Shown here piece after piece: positions 11,543 to 22,023 of a stretch of DNA of 64,000 nt (within the stretch, counting starts at the first letter, position 1; each line of letters starts with the position of its first letter). The notes below the pieces were generated by a model. That model did not search any database. It was not told the origin of the DNA and was given only the letters and a program-made list of their open reading frames with translations. This stretch comes from an uncultured Rhodospirillaceae bacterium (GTDB taxonomy: Bacteria > Pseudomonadota > Alphaproteobacteria > UBA11136), in contig CAZAKR010000002.1 in the NCBI GenBank assembly GCA_964486105.1, positions 62,949-126,948 of the forward strand. The letters are read 5' to 3'. A program made the translations under genes and the position numbers.

Positions 11543-12343
11543 CTACATATACCCGTCGGCACGAAGACGCTCAAAAGCGTCTTCCGCCTCCTTGTCCTGG
11601 GCCCGGCCGGACCGTTCGGCCACCTTGGTGTTTTCCAGTTCCTCGATAATTTCCTCAACCGTGCTCGCCGTACTCTCGAAGGGTTCGGTACAGGGCGCAC
11701 AGCCCAGCGAGCGATAGCGTTTACCGTCCCTGGCGTAATATAGATCGACCATGGGAATGTTCTCGCGCTGGATATAGCGCCAGACATCCAGTTCCGTCCA
11801 GTGCAACAGGGGATGAATACGCAGATGGGTGCCCGGTGCGAAATCGGTCTTGAACTGATCCCAGAATTCCGGCGGCTGGTCGCGGAAATCCCATTTCGCG
11901 CTCTCGCCGCGCGGCGAGAATACCCGCTCCTTTGATCGCGTTCCTTCCTCGTCGCGGCGGATGCCGGCGAAAATCCCGGTGAAAGCATGGGCATCCAGCG
12001 TCGCTTTCAACCCTTCGGTTTTAAGCGCCGAACAGCATTCTATCCGCCCCTTATCCGGCCCCATTCCGGCCTCAAGTGCAGCGGTATTCTGGCCGACGAT
12101 CATGTCGAGCCCCCACTCCTTGGCATAGCGGTCGCGAAACTCAATCATCTCGGGAATCTTGTACGAGGTGTCGATGTGAATAACCGGAAAAGGCACATGG
12201 CCGAAAAAGGCCTTACGGGCCAGCCACAGCATAACGTTGCTGTCCTTACCGATTGACCACAGCATGCCGATTTTCTCAAAGCTGTTGAAAGCCTCGCGAA
12301 AGATATAAATGCTCTGGTTTTCCAGAGCGTCGAGATGGTTCAT
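11543..12343 (-). CDS. cysD: Sulfate adenylyltransferase subunit 2
   Basis: PAPS-reductase-like ATP PPase fold, SIGKDS motif. 266 aa, abuts cysNC. Confidence 0.95.
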   Translation of the reverse strand: MNHLDALENQSIYIFREAFNSFEKIGMLWSIGKDSNVMLWLARKAFFGHVPFPVIHIDTSYKIPEMIEFRDRYAKEWGLDMIVGQNTAALEAGMGPDKGRIECCSALKTEGLKATLDAHAFTGIFAGIRRDEEGTRSKERVFSPRGESAKWDFRDQPPEFWDQFKTDFAPGTHLRIHPLLHWTELDVWRYIQRENIPMVDLYYARDGKRYRSLGCAPCTEPFESTASTVEEIIEELENTKVAERSGRAQDKEAEDAFERLRADGYM

Positions 12344-13104
12344 TGATTAGTCGCCCATTTTGCGTTGTGGATGCCGCATTCCGTTTTTCCCGTGTCGGTC
12401 CAGCGCCCGGCGCGGGCGTCTTCGCCTTCTTCGGTTTCCCGGGTGCAGTGATAGCACCCGATCGAGGCAAAGCCCCGCTTGGTCAGCGGATGCTCCGGCA
12501 GGCCCCTCTCCTTGAATGTCGCTTGAATTTTCTCGTGTGACCAGTGGATGAGCGGGTTGATCTTGACGAACCCGTCCACCCCTTCGATGGTTTCCAGTTC
12601 AAGCCTGAGATCACCGTGATGATGCTTGCGGCCGGTAATCCAGGCATCAATACCTTTCAATGCGCGCTCTAAGGGCTCGACCTTGCGGATATGACAACAA
12701 CGGTCGGGATCGGTTTCCCAAAGGTTGCCGTTGGGGTCCTGCTTGCTCAACTGCACCGGATCGGGAGTAAATGTGCGAATGTCGAGCAATCCCAGATGTT
12801 CCTTCAACTCGGCCAGATAGTTATAGGTTTCCTCGAACAGCTTGCCGGTATCAAGAAAGATCACCGGGGTCGCCGGATCCACCTGGGCGACCAGATCGAG
12901 CAGCACCGCCGCTTCGGCGCCAAAAGACGAGCTCAAGGCGATGCGTCCGGGAAATTCGTCACCGATCATCACCTGCAAAAGGTCGCGCCCTGCAAGATCG
13001 CCATAGGCGTCCTTCAGCGCCGCGGCTTTCGCTTCGGCCCATTCCATGCGCTCCGGCCCGAGGGGGGCCGATGGCGTTGCCAGCGTATTTACATCCGCCG
13101 TCAT
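12340..13104 (-). CDS. cysH: Phosphoadenosine phosphosulfate (PAPS/APS) reductase
   Basis: CysH family sequence ending ECGIH. Start set to MTADVNT (ATG at 13104), overlapping the cysI stop as ATGA. The ORF-track start at 13227 would overlap cysI by 126 nt. Confidence 0.88.
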   Translation of the reverse strand: MTADVNTLATPSAPLGPERMEWAEAKAAALKDAYGDLAGRDLLQVMIGDEFPGRIALSSSFGAEAAVLLDLVAQVDPATPVIFLDTGKLFEETYNYLAELKEHLGLLDIRTFTPDPVQLSKQDPNGNLWETDPDRCCHIRKVEPLERALKGIDAWITGRKHHHGDLRLELETIEGVDGFVKINPLIHWSHEKIQATFKERGLPEHPLTKRGFASIGCYHCTRETEEGEDARAGRWTDTGKTECGIHNAKWATNQ

Positions 13105-15245
13105 GCACCCTCCTGCTGGGAACGGATCATATCCATAACCGAGCCCGACCCATCGCCGAGCTTCGCCGTATCCAGCATTTCCTGGGAAACCGCTTCCTCG
13201 GCGCGCATTGCGGCCAGATCGATCCACAGGGCCAGGGCCTCTCGGAAGGAGTCACTCGCCCCGTTGCCGTCAGCAGCCTTTTCCGCCGCGACAACGGCGT
13301 CGAGGGCCTCAATAACTTTGCCGTCAGACGCATACGAGGCCTTGACGCGGCCCAGCACCACATCATGATCGACGCCTTCTTCCGCATCGCCAAGACGAAC
13401 CAGAAACCGGCGGCCAGCATAATAAATGCCCTCATGGGCGAAAGCGCGCCCCTGATCCGCCTCGCCGCCGAGAAGAGACCGGTCGAAAGCAATCAGGGCG
13501 TCATCAGCAAGATCCATCAGCAAATCGTCCACGGCGAAGGTCGCCGCGCACTCGCTTTTTGCCGGCGCCGGCGGCACATACTCATCCGACTCACCCCAAT
13601 CCTGATAAATGTCTTTCACTTCGGCGTCGGTCTTTTCCATCACCGGCATAAGAACTTCGCGCAATCCCGTTTTTCCCTTACGTTCGGCCCAGACACGAAT
13701 TTCCTCGCCGGTCTCTTTTGTCGCGGCGTAGGAATCCAGCAACAGCTTTAAGGCCTCCGGCGCATAGCGGGCGGCAATGACCGGGCCGGTTACCCCAACG
13801 GTGCCGTTGCGGCGCGCATCGCCGCCAACGTAAATCTGGTAATGGGGGGCGTTTTTGCCGTCGATCTTCTTGCCCATGCCGCGGAACCCGAAATCACCCA
13901 CATGGTGCAGGCCGCAGCCGTTCTGGCAGCCGGAAATACGCACGGTCACGCCGGGCTTGGCGGCGTAATTCCGCACGTCGCCGGCCACTTCCAGGCCAAA
14001 ACTCTGGGAATTTGTGATGCCGATACGGCATGTGGTGGTGCCGGGGCAGGAAACCACGTCGGAAATATCGCCCGGAGTTTCCTCGACCGGAAAGCCAATC
14101 TCGCGCAGCCCGCTCACAACCGCCGCCACATCCCCGGCATCAAGCCCGGTGACGACCATATTCTGCTCGCGGGTCAGCCGGACCCCGTCAGCGCCGTGTT
14201 TTTCCAACAATTCGGCGAGGGCGTCGGTCTGGTCTGAGGTCAAGAGGCCCAGGGGCGGGCAGAAAACCACCGCCGACTTGCCGTCATATTGGTCGATCAC
14301 ACCACCCGGCGTCATCGGCTCGGGCGCGTCTTGCGGTGTGCGCCAGTCGAGCGCTTCCCAAGGGCGCTGAGGCAGGGCGCGCAGGCGGGCATATTCCTCG
14401 TCGAAGAGGGCCCGGAACTTGTCCTCACCAAACCTTTTGACCAGGAACTTGATCCGCGCCGCATTGCGGTTGACCCGGTTTGAATAGCGCTGATGCAGAC
14501 GGATCAATGTTTCGAGAATAGTCGGAATTTCCGCCTCCTCGGCAAAATCCATGATCTTGATGGCGCTGATGGGCTGACCGCCGGTGCCGCCGGCGCCATG
14601 AACCTCAAATCCCTGTTTGCCGTCCTTTTCGACGGCAATCAGGCCGAGATCGTGAATGCCCGATGCGGCGCAATCGGTGGCGCAGCCGGAAACCGAAATC
14701 TTGAACTTGCGGGGCATGTGCTGAACCAGCGGCTGACGCAGCCAGCTCCGTGACAGACGCGAGGCGACCTCACCGGCATCCACATGTTCGCGCGGGCAGA
14801 CACCGGCCAGATGACAGGAATTCATGTTGCGCAGGGTATTGCCGCAGGCCTCCCGTGACGTCATGCCCGCATCCTGCAAGGCGCTAACCAGATCAGGCGT
14901 GCGTTCCAGGGACACATGATAAAGCTGATAGTCCTGGCGGGTGGTGACATGAATTTCGCCGCCCACGCGATTGAACTCCCGGTTGATCCGGGCCATTGCG
15001 CGAAGCTCGTCAATCGAAGAAATTCCGCCGGGCACCTTCACCCGGACCATCTGAACGCCGGGCTGGAGCTGTCCATAAATACCAAAACGCAGGCGGAACG
15101 CCGTCCACCTTTCGTCATCCCAGGCTCCGGAGACAAAATTCGCATAGGCCTCGCTATATTCCGAAACGTCGGAAGAGTTGGCCAGAGGCTCGGCTTTGGT
15201 GCTCCAGTCCCGGCTTAAAGCCTGTGCTGTGCTGGTCGCGGACAT
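13101..15245 (-). CDS. cysI: Sulfite reductase hemoprotein (ferredoxin-type nitrite/sulfite reductase) with an approx. 170 aa C-terminal extension
   Basis: Two NIR_SIR repeats and siroheme/4Fe-4S Cys cluster regions. GGAGA SD before the ATG at 15245. The C-terminal about 170 aa has no reductase similarity. Confidence 0.88.
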   Translation of the reverse strand: MSATSTAQALSRDWSTKAEPLANSSDVSEYSEAYANFVSGAWDDERWTAFRLRFGIYGQLQPGVQMVRVKVPGGISSIDELRAMARINREFNRVGGEIHVTTRQDYQLYHVSLERTPDLVSALQDAGMTSREACGNTLRNMNSCHLAGVCPREHVDAGEVASRLSRSWLRQPLVQHMPRKFKISVSGCATDCAASGIHDLGLIAVEKDGKQGFEVHGAGGTGGQPISAIKIMDFAEEAEIPTILETLIRLHQRYSNRVNRNAARIKFLVKRFGEDKFRALFDEEYARLRALPQRPWEALDWRTPQDAPEPMTPGGVIDQYDGKSAVVFCPPLGLLTSDQTDALAELLEKHGADGVRLTREQNMVVTGLDAGDVAAVVSGLREIGFPVEETPGDISDVVSCPGTTTCRIGITNSQSFGLEVAGDVRNYAAKPGVTVRISGCQNGCGLHHVGDFGFRGMGKKIDGKNAPHYQIYVGGDARRNGTVGVTGPVIAARYAPEALKLLLDSYAATKETGEEIRVWAERKGKTGLREVLMPVMEKTDAEVKDIYQDWGESDEYVPPAPAKSECAATFAVDDLLMDLADDALIAFDRSLLGGEADQGRAFAHEGIYYAGRRFLVRLGDAEEGVDHDVVLGRVKASYASDGKVIEALDAVVAAEKAADGNGASDSFREALALWIDLAAMRAEEAVSQEMLDTAKLGDGSGSVMDMIRSQQEGA

Positions 15246-15261
15246 GGTCGGTCTCCATTTC

Positions 15262-15278
15262 TACACTTTTATAGTGTA
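15262..15278. promoter_or_regulatory. Inverted repeat TACACT-N5-AGTGTA in an AT-rich divergent cysI/ctaA promoter region that also carries several GTGTA(T) repeats
   Basis: Read in sequence. The region 15246-15529 is strikingly AT-rich relative to the window. Confidence 0.3.
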
Positions 15279-15529
15279 AAGAATAACATTACCCATATAA
15301 TATTGTGTATTAAACTATATAGTCAATCGTATTTGTGTATATTAAATTATTTAACATCATTTATCGTGTGTAAAGCGCCACCCCCCGCAGGAACCTTGGC
15401 CTTGTCCCCCTCCTCATGGTGGATTAAAACACTTCCCTCTACCCGCTCGCCCGCTCTCAATACAAACCTCTCGCCTGATGACAGGCTCTATATCGGACAA
15501 ACCGCCCTTCTGACAAGGATTCCCTTTAA

Positions 15530-16600
15530 ATGACCGCTTCCCCCGCCGCCGCCCTGTCGCCCCTCGACATTGCCCGGAACCGGCAGATTGCCATCTGGCT
15601 TCTTGTAAGTTGCGCCATGGTCTTTGTCATGGTCGTACTGGGTGGTCTGACCCGGCTCACCCATTCGGGGCTCTCCATGGTCGAGTGGAAACCGTTGATG
15701 GGAATTCTCCCCCCCCTGAATGAGGCGGAATGGCAGGACACTTTCACCAAATACCGTGCTTTCCCCCAATACCAGAAATTGAACAGCGGCATGACGCTGC
15801 CCGAGTTCAAGGGCATCTTCTGGCTTGAATACATCCACCGGCTTTGGGGCCGCGCCATCGGCCTGGTGTTTTTTGTCCCCTTCCTCTTCTTTCTGGTCAA
15901 AGGCTATATCGGGAAAAACCTTCGCCACCATCTCGTGGTTATTTTTATCCTTGGCGCCCTTCAGGGATTGCTCGGCTGGTATATGGTCAAAAGCGGGCTT
16001 GTTGATCGTCCCGATGTCAGCCAGTACCGCCTCTCCGCCCATCTGATCGCCGCCTTTATCATCTATGGCTACATGCTCCAGGTAGCCTTCGGCCTTCTCC
16101 ACCCGACTGGCCGCGCCCAGGCGGTGGCTCCATCAGCGGCCCTTTTACGCCTTGCCTGGATCGCCGCCGCGATGACGTTCCTGACCGTCTTTTCCGGCGG
16201 ATTCGTCGCCGGTCTCGATGCCGGACTGGCCTACAACACATTTCCCCTCATGGGTGGCCAATTTGTGCCGGATGGATATCTTGAACTCACACCCTGGTAT
16301 CTCAACTTTTTTGAAAACATTGCCACGGTTCAGTTCGATCACCGCCTACTGGCCATTTTGACCTTCTGTCTTGTTGCCATGGTGTGGATTAAGGGCCGCA
16401 AAGAGAAACTAACCGGCCCATCCATGATCACAATCAACCTGATGATGATCGCCGCCCTGCTTCAGGTCGCCCTCGGCATTTCGACGCTTCTTCTGTTTGT
16501 TCCCATTGACCTGGCTGCCAGCCATCAGGGCGGCGCCCTGGTGTTGTTCACTCTGGCCCTATGGGCGCTTTTTTCATTAAAGTTTGATTTAAGACAATGA
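15530..16600 (+). CDS. ctaA: Heme A synthase (COX15/CtaA)
   Basis: Polytopic membrane protein with conserved His residues, COX15 family sequence. Confidence 0.88.
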   Translation: MTASPAAALSPLDIARNRQIAIWLLVSCAMVFVMVVLGGLTRLTHSGLSMVEWKPLMGILPPLNEAEWQDTFTKYRAFPQYQKLNSGMTLPEFKGIFWLEYIHRLWGRAIGLVFFVPFLFFLVKGYIGKNLRHHLVVIFILGALQGLLGWYMVKSGLVDRPDVSQYRLSAHLIAAFIIYGYMLQVAFGLLHPTGRAQAVAPSAALLRLAWIAAAMTFLTVFSGGFVAGLDAGLAYNTFPLMGGQFVPDGYLELTPWYLNFFENIATVQFDHRLLAILTFCLVAMVWIKGRKEKLTGPSMITINLMMIAALLQVALGISTLLLFVPIDLAASHQGGALVLFTLALWALFSLKFDLRQ

Positions 16601-16638
16601 TTTTCTATCCGTGATTTTCTACCTGTGATTTTCTATCT
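16598..16638. repeat. Three tandem 13-14 bp direct repeats (A/G)TGATTTTCTA(T/C)C(C/T) directly after the ctaA stop and upstream of the PhyH gene
   Basis: tgattttctatcc / gtgattttctacct / gtgattttctatct read in sequence. Confidence 0.7.
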
Positions 16639-16733
16639 TTCCGGGGGCAATGAAGGCCATTGATTGCGGATCGAAAGAGGGCTCATCCCGGCGTCCCCGT
16701 TTGGGGCGTCGAACAACAAGGAAATTCAAGAAT

Positions 16734-17501
16734 ATGAAAAACGGCGAAATCCTCACCAGCGAACAGATCGCCGCCTTCAAGCGCGATGGCTTTCTTCACG
16801 TGCCCGCCATGTATTCCGCGCAAGAGGTGGCCGAATACACCGCCTGGACGACCGAACTGCAGAATCGCGCGGAAGAGCCTGGCCAGCAGATGATGTATTT
16901 CGAAGAAAGCGGGAAAGAGCCCGGCAAACGGATCCTCAACCGGATTGAGGCCTTTACCTCCTATCATGACGGCTTCAAAAAAATGCTGCGTGAAGGAAAA
17001 CTCCGTCAGGCCTGCGGCGATCTTTTCGCCAGTGATGCCGTCCTGTTTAAAGATAAAATCAACTTCAAACAGCCCGGTGGCGACGGCTTTGAGCCCCATC
17101 AGGACCAACAGGCCGGATGGGACCGCTACGCCCCGCATTTCATCAGCGTCATGATCTGTGTTGACGAGGCAACGGTGGAGAATGGCTGCCTCGAGATCGT
17201 CGCCGGCTTTCATCATACAGGACTGGTCGGCAATGAATGGGCACCGCTTACCGAAGAGCAGGTGTCGGGCATTAACTTCGTTCACTATCCGACCAAGCCC
17301 GGCGATATTGTCTTCTTCGACACCTACGCCCCCCACCGCTCGGCGCCCAATATGTCCGACAAGCCCCGGCGTCTGATCTTCGCCACCTACGGCATGCAGT
17401 CGGAAGGCGATCACCGGGAACAGTACTACATTGATAAACGCAATGAATTCCCGCCCGATTGCGAGCGCGAGGCCGACAAGGAATACGTCTACCGGGTCTG
17501 A
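16734..17501 (+). CDS. Phytanoyl-CoA dioxygenase (PhyH) family Fe(II)/2-oxoglutarate oxygenase
   Basis: PhyH-family sequence with His-x-Asp...His triad context. Start at MKNGEIL with AAGGA SD. The ORF-track start at 16650 is an extension. Confidence 0.75.
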   Translation: MKNGEILTSEQIAAFKRDGFLHVPAMYSAQEVAEYTAWTTELQNRAEEPGQQMMYFEESGKEPGKRILNRIEAFTSYHDGFKKMLREGKLRQACGDLFASDAVLFKDKINFKQPGGDGFEPHQDQQAGWDRYAPHFISVMICVDEATVENGCLEIVAGFHHTGLVGNEWAPLTEEQVSGINFVHYPTKPGDIVFFDTYAPHRSAPNMSDKPRRLIFATYGMQSEGDHREQYYIDKRNEFPPDCEREADKEYVYRV

Positions 17502-17620
17502 CCTCCGACACCCTTACGGGTTGCTTAAAAAATATTTTATGGGACAAAAAAGGGCCCGGTCCTGCGACCGGGCCCAAAGTTTTGGCCTTCGTTGGATATG
17601 AAGCGCAAAACCCTTAAGTC

Positions 17621-18383
17621 TTAGAAGCTCGCCGTAACCGATCCGACAACCCGCTCATCGTCAAGGCTGGTGCCGGCATCGTCGGGGGCGGCGCCAAATG
17701 TGTCGATAAAGGCGACTTCCCAGTCAAAGCCGAGAACCGTCGCCCCAAGGGCGACTTTCATGTCTGAATAGTCCTCGCCGCTTTCGATATACTGGTGACC
17801 ATAATGGCCGCTGGCATAAAGGCTCCTGTAGATAGGCACCTCGATATCGGCGGAGTAATAAACGGCGTCATTGGTGCCGCCGAAAAAGTCCGGGGAATAG
17901 GCGATACCGCCGGAAACGGCGACGATGTCGAAGTCATAGCCGAGCGAGCCATAAACCTCCCAGAAATCATACTCAAGGTTCTCGTTGGAACCGGGATACC
18001 AATACTGCAGGAACCCGACATCCCAGCCAAAGCCCATGAGGTCGCCGGCAATACCGGTATAGACGTCGATCTCGATGGCGCCGGCATTGGAACGGGTGCT
18101 GTCATCAGCGGCGTCAAAATCAATGTTCGAAGCCCAGATGCCCGCATACCAGCCGATATCGTAGAAACCTGTATCAATACCGTAATCGATTCCGCCCTGA
18201 ATGGCCGGATCGTTGGAAGTCTGGGAAATGCCGCGATAGATGTAATCGGTGGCCAGGGTCATATTGGCTGAAAACTCACCGGGGAACTGATCGGGGGGCA
18301 GAAAATCATCCGATTCCATTTCCTCAGCAAAGGCGGACGAACCGCCAATCAGAGCGAAAGAAATTGCGAAAGCCAAAAGTTTA
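17621..18383 (-). CDS. Outer-membrane beta-barrel protein (TIGR02001-like), signal peptide MKLKLLAFAISFALIGGSSAFA
   Basis: Signal peptide, alternating aromatic/Gly beta-strand pattern, C-terminal Phe. Start at ATG 18383. The ORF-track extension to 18541 is unsupported. Confidence 0.7.
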
Positions 18384-18999
18384 AGTTTCATGGTCCTAAT
18401 CCTTAATTGTTGGCCGGCGCTATCAGGCCGGTCGTAAAAACCCACGCTATGCGTGGAATAAGGCAGTGCAGCGATCCCTCCCATGGGGGCTGACCTAATA
18501 TGAAAGGCCGGCTGCTTTATCCCGATGACCCTTAATCGCAATCATTGTGCCAAAATGGCACCAATCGATTCTTTTATTTTTTCTCCTTACATTACAAGAA
18601 CTTAACTCGCGTTCTCTTTCCCTGTCTGTGGCATAAAAACAACAGGGATATGGCTCAAAAAATAATCAGTTCCTGTTTTCCTGATGAAATATGAGGCGAC
18701 TATCCTCCCCAGAGCGCCCCGTCTGCGGTTTTATCTCCAGGAAAACCCCGAAAGCCCCCCAATACCAATGGTGATTCACATCCCTTAGCCTACTACAATT
18801 AGTATATATAACAACATCTAGATGTTTTATCAGGTTACAACCGCAAGATTAACCACAGATCTCCGCCAAAAAAGACAATTCGCTTTTCTCTGCTTGGGGT
18901 ATAACGGGCCGGATAAGAAAAAGGGCGAGCTTCAAGGGCTCCCCGGTATTCGCCTCTGGCGCATTTTCAGGAGAGACCCCAATTGAAAGCTCCAGCCAA

Positions 19000-19866
19000 T
19001 TGACATCCCATAGCGGCGCCATTGAAGCCCCTTCGGGCAAGGAAGCGGCTGACGAGAACTTTCCCGTCGGTTCCTGGTTACTGCCGGCTCGCCTGCGTCA
19101 CAGCATCGCCGTTTATTATGCTTTTGCGCGGGCGACGGACGATATCGCCGATGATCCAGACCTCCCCCCGGAAGATAAAGTAGCGCGCCTCGATGCCTTT
19201 GATTCCGCCCTCCAGGGCCGCATAATTGACGATCCGCGGCTTGAAAAAGCCGCCCGGCTGCGGGAGGTCATGACCGAAAAGGGAATTCCCACCCGTCACG
19301 GCAGCGATCTCCTCATCGCCTTTCGTCAGGACGCGACAAAGCACCGCTACAGGGATTGGGATGATCTGATCGGCTATTGCATCAATTCAGCCGCCCCGGT
19401 CGGGCGCTATCTGATCGACCTCCACGGCGAATCCGACGATGCCTACCCCGCTTCCAACGCCCTGTGTAATGCCCTGCAAATCCTCAACCACCTCCAGGAT
19501 TGCCAAAAGGATTTCCGCGAACTTGATCGTGTCTATCTCCCCGGAGACTGGATGAAAGAGGCTGGCGTGACCGTGGCCGATCTCGATGCGCCTTCCAGTA
19601 ATCCGGACCTGCGCCGGGTTCTCGACCAGTGCCTCGACGGGGTGGAGGAATTGCTGATCTCCGCCGGGCAATTACCCGGTCGGATCAAATATTGGCGCCT
19701 GGCGCTTGAATCCGCCGTCATTTACCACATTGCCGTCCGCCTGACCCGCCGTCTGCGCCGCCAGGACCCCGTGGCCGAACGAGTGGAGCTCAACAAATTC
19801 GACTATCTTCTTTGCGCCGTTGAGGGATGTTTTCACACGCTTTTTCGCCGCCGAACCCACCCCTAG
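19000..19866 (+). CDS. hpnC: Squalene/phytoene synthase family protein, first of two. Likely hydroxysqualene synthase HpnC. TTG start
   Basis: YAFARATDDIADD and second Asp-rich motif. AGGAGA SD 6 nt before TTG. Position first in the hpnC-D-E-shc order. Confidence 0.8.
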   Translation: MTSHSGAIEAPSGKEAADENFPVGSWLLPARLRHSIAVYYAFARATDDIADDPDLPPEDKVARLDAFDSALQGRIIDDPRLEKAARLREVMTEKGIPTRHGSDLLIAFRQDATKHRYRDWDDLIGYCINSAAPVGRYLIDLHGESDDAYPASNALCNALQILNHLQDCQKDFRELDRVYLPGDWMKEAGVTVADLDAPSSNPDLRRVLDQCLDGVEELLISAGQLPGRIKYWRLALESAVIYHIAVRLTRRLRRQDPVAERVELNKFDYLLCAVEGCFHTLFRRRTHP

Positions 19867-19882
19867 GTCAGCCCTGGCTGGT

Positions 19883-19891
19883 TGATATAAT
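19883..19891 (+). promoter_or_regulatory. Extended -10 promoter element TGaTATAAT upstream of dxs
   Basis: Read in sequence 160 bp upstream of the dxs start. Confidence 0.4.
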
Positions 19892-20052
19892 TTTCCCTTT
19901 GTGACGCAAGAGCGAACACCGTATGCTTTTCGCACAGAATTTTTCGTTCTTTGGCGCCGCCGGGCTGGACCAGATTTCGATCGCAACGGGGATTGTTGAG
20001 GCAGGGATCGTTGCGCTGCCAGAGATGAGGGGAAAGAGGATTATTTAGCACC

Positions 20053-21972
20053 ATGACCACGCAAACGCCTTTATTGGACGGGATCTCGACGCCTGAAGAC
20101 ATGCGTTCACTGAGCGATGGTGAGCTTCACGATCTGGCCAAAGAGCTTCGCGGGGAAGTAATCGACGCGGTTTCTGTAACCGGCGGCCATCTCGGGGCCG
20201 GTCTGGGCGTTGTCGAACTGACCGTTGCGCTCCATCACGTCTTTGATACGCCGCGGGACCGTCTGATCTGGGACGTTGGTCACCAATGCTATCCCCACAA
20301 GGTGCTGACCGGTCGCCGCGACCGCATCCGCAGCCTGCGCCAGCCCGACGGCCTGTACGGGTTCACCAAGCGCTCGGAGAGTGAATATGACCCCTTCGGC
20401 GCGGGCCACAGCTCGACCTCGATTTCAGCCGGTCTCGGCATGGCCGTTGCGCGGGATCTTCAGGATAAGAACAACAACGTCATCGCGGTCATCGGCGACG
20501 GGGCGATGACCGGCGGCATGGCCTATGAGGCGATGAACAATGCCGGAGCCATGAACGAGCGCCTGATCGTCATCCTCAACGATAACGACATGTCGATCGC
20601 ACCGCCTGTCGGGGCGCTTTCGGCCTATCTCTCAAGGCTGATCTCAAGCCGTTCCTATCGCTCCCTGCGGAACCTGGCGAGAGACATCGCCAAGAAATTC
20701 CCCCGCCCCTGGGCCAATGCGGCGCGCCGGGCCGAAGAGTTCACCCGCGGCTTTGTCACCGGCGGCACGCTGTTCGAAGAGCTCGGATTTTTCTATGTTG
20801 GCCCGGTGGACGGCCATAATCTGGACCATCTGTTGCCGGTCCTGCGCAATGTGCGCGACGCCAAGACCAGCGGGCCGGTTCTGCTCCATGTGGTGACCCA
20901 GAAGGGCAAAGGTTATGAGCCGGCGGAACAGTCGGCCGATAAGGGCCACGGGGTGGGACGCTTTAACGTCGTCACCGGCGAACAGGTTAAATCGACCTCG
21001 AACGCACCGAGCTATACCAAGGTTTTTGCCCAGACGCTGATCGCCGAAGCCGAAAGGGACGACAAGGTTGTGGCGATCACCGCGGCGATGCCCTCGGGCA
21101 CCGGGCTTGATCTGTTTGGCGAGGCCTTTCCGGACCGCTGTTTCGATGTCGGTATCGCTGAACAGCATGCGGTAACCTTTGCCGCCGGTCTGGCGTCTGA
21201 AGGAATGAAGCCGTTTGCAACCATATACTCGACCTTTCTGCAGCGCGGCTATGACCAGATCGTCCATGATGTAGCGATCCAGAACCTGCCGGTTCGCTTT
21301 GCCATCGACCGGGCGGGTCTGGTCGGCGCCGACGGGGCGACCCATGCCGGATCCTTCGACATTACCTATCTGGCGACCCTGCCGAACATGGTCGTGATGT
21401 CGCCTTCCGACGAGGCCGAGCTGGTGCATATGGTGGCCACCGCCGTGGCCTATGACGAGCACCCCTGTGCCTTCCGTTATCCAAGGGGCGAAGGAGTAGG
21501 GGTTGAGCTTCCCTCCCAGGGCGAGATACTTCAGATCGGCAAGGGGCGACTGATCCGCGAGGGAAACAATGTGGCGATTCTGTCCCTCGGCACCCGCTTG
21601 GGCGAGTGCCTCAAGGCGGCCGAGGATCTCAGCGCCCGGGGCCTTTCGGTAACCGTCGCCGACATGCGTTTTGCCAAGCCGCTGGATACGGATCTGCTGC
21701 GCCGTCTGGCCACCGAACATGAGCTATTGCTCACCGTCGAGGACGGCTCCATCGGCGGCTTTGCGGCTCATGTGATGACTTTCCTGGCCAATGAAGGGCT
21801 GATGGATAAGGGCCTGAAAGTGCGCCCGATGACCCTGCCCGACCGCTTTGTCGCCCATAACTCGCCGACGGCCCAGTATGACGATAGCGGCCTCAACGCG
21901 CCCCATATCGCCGCGGCAATCCTCAAGACCCTGGGCCGGAACAATGAAGCTGAGGGTGTGGCGCGGGCCTGA
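20053..21972 (+). CDS. dxs: 1-deoxy-D-xylulose-5-phosphate synthase
   Basis: TPP-binding GDG...N motif and transketolase-like domains. 639 aa. Confidence 0.97.
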   Translation: MTTQTPLLDGISTPEDMRSLSDGELHDLAKELRGEVIDAVSVTGGHLGAGLGVVELTVALHHVFDTPRDRLIWDVGHQCYPHKVLTGRRDRIRSLRQPDGLYGFTKRSESEYDPFGAGHSSTSISAGLGMAVARDLQDKNNNVIAVIGDGAMTGGMAYEAMNNAGAMNERLIVILNDNDMSIAPPVGALSAYLSRLISSRSYRSLRNLARDIAKKFPRPWANAARRAEEFTRGFVTGGTLFEELGFFYVGPVDGHNLDHLLPVLRNVRDAKTSGPVLLHVVTQKGKGYEPAEQSADKGHGVGRFNVVTGEQVKSTSNAPSYTKVFAQTLIAEAERDDKVVAITAAMPSGTGLDLFGEAFPDRCFDVGIAEQHAVTFAAGLASEGMKPFATIYSTFLQRGYDQIVHDVAIQNLPVRFAIDRAGLVGADGATHAGSFDITYLATLPNMVVMSPSDEAELVHMVATAVAYDEHPCAFRYPRGEGVGVELPSQGEILQIGKGRLIREGNNVAILSLGTRLGECLKAAEDLSARGLSVTVADMRFAKPLDTDLLRRLATEHELLLTVEDGSIGGFAAHVMTFLANEGLMDKGLKVRPMTLPDRFVAHNSPTAQYDDSGLNAPHIAAAILKTLGRNNEAEGVARA

Positions 21973-22023
21973 CCGCGTTCAGCCAGCCCTTATATAATCG
22001 CCATAACCCGCCATTAGCCGAAA

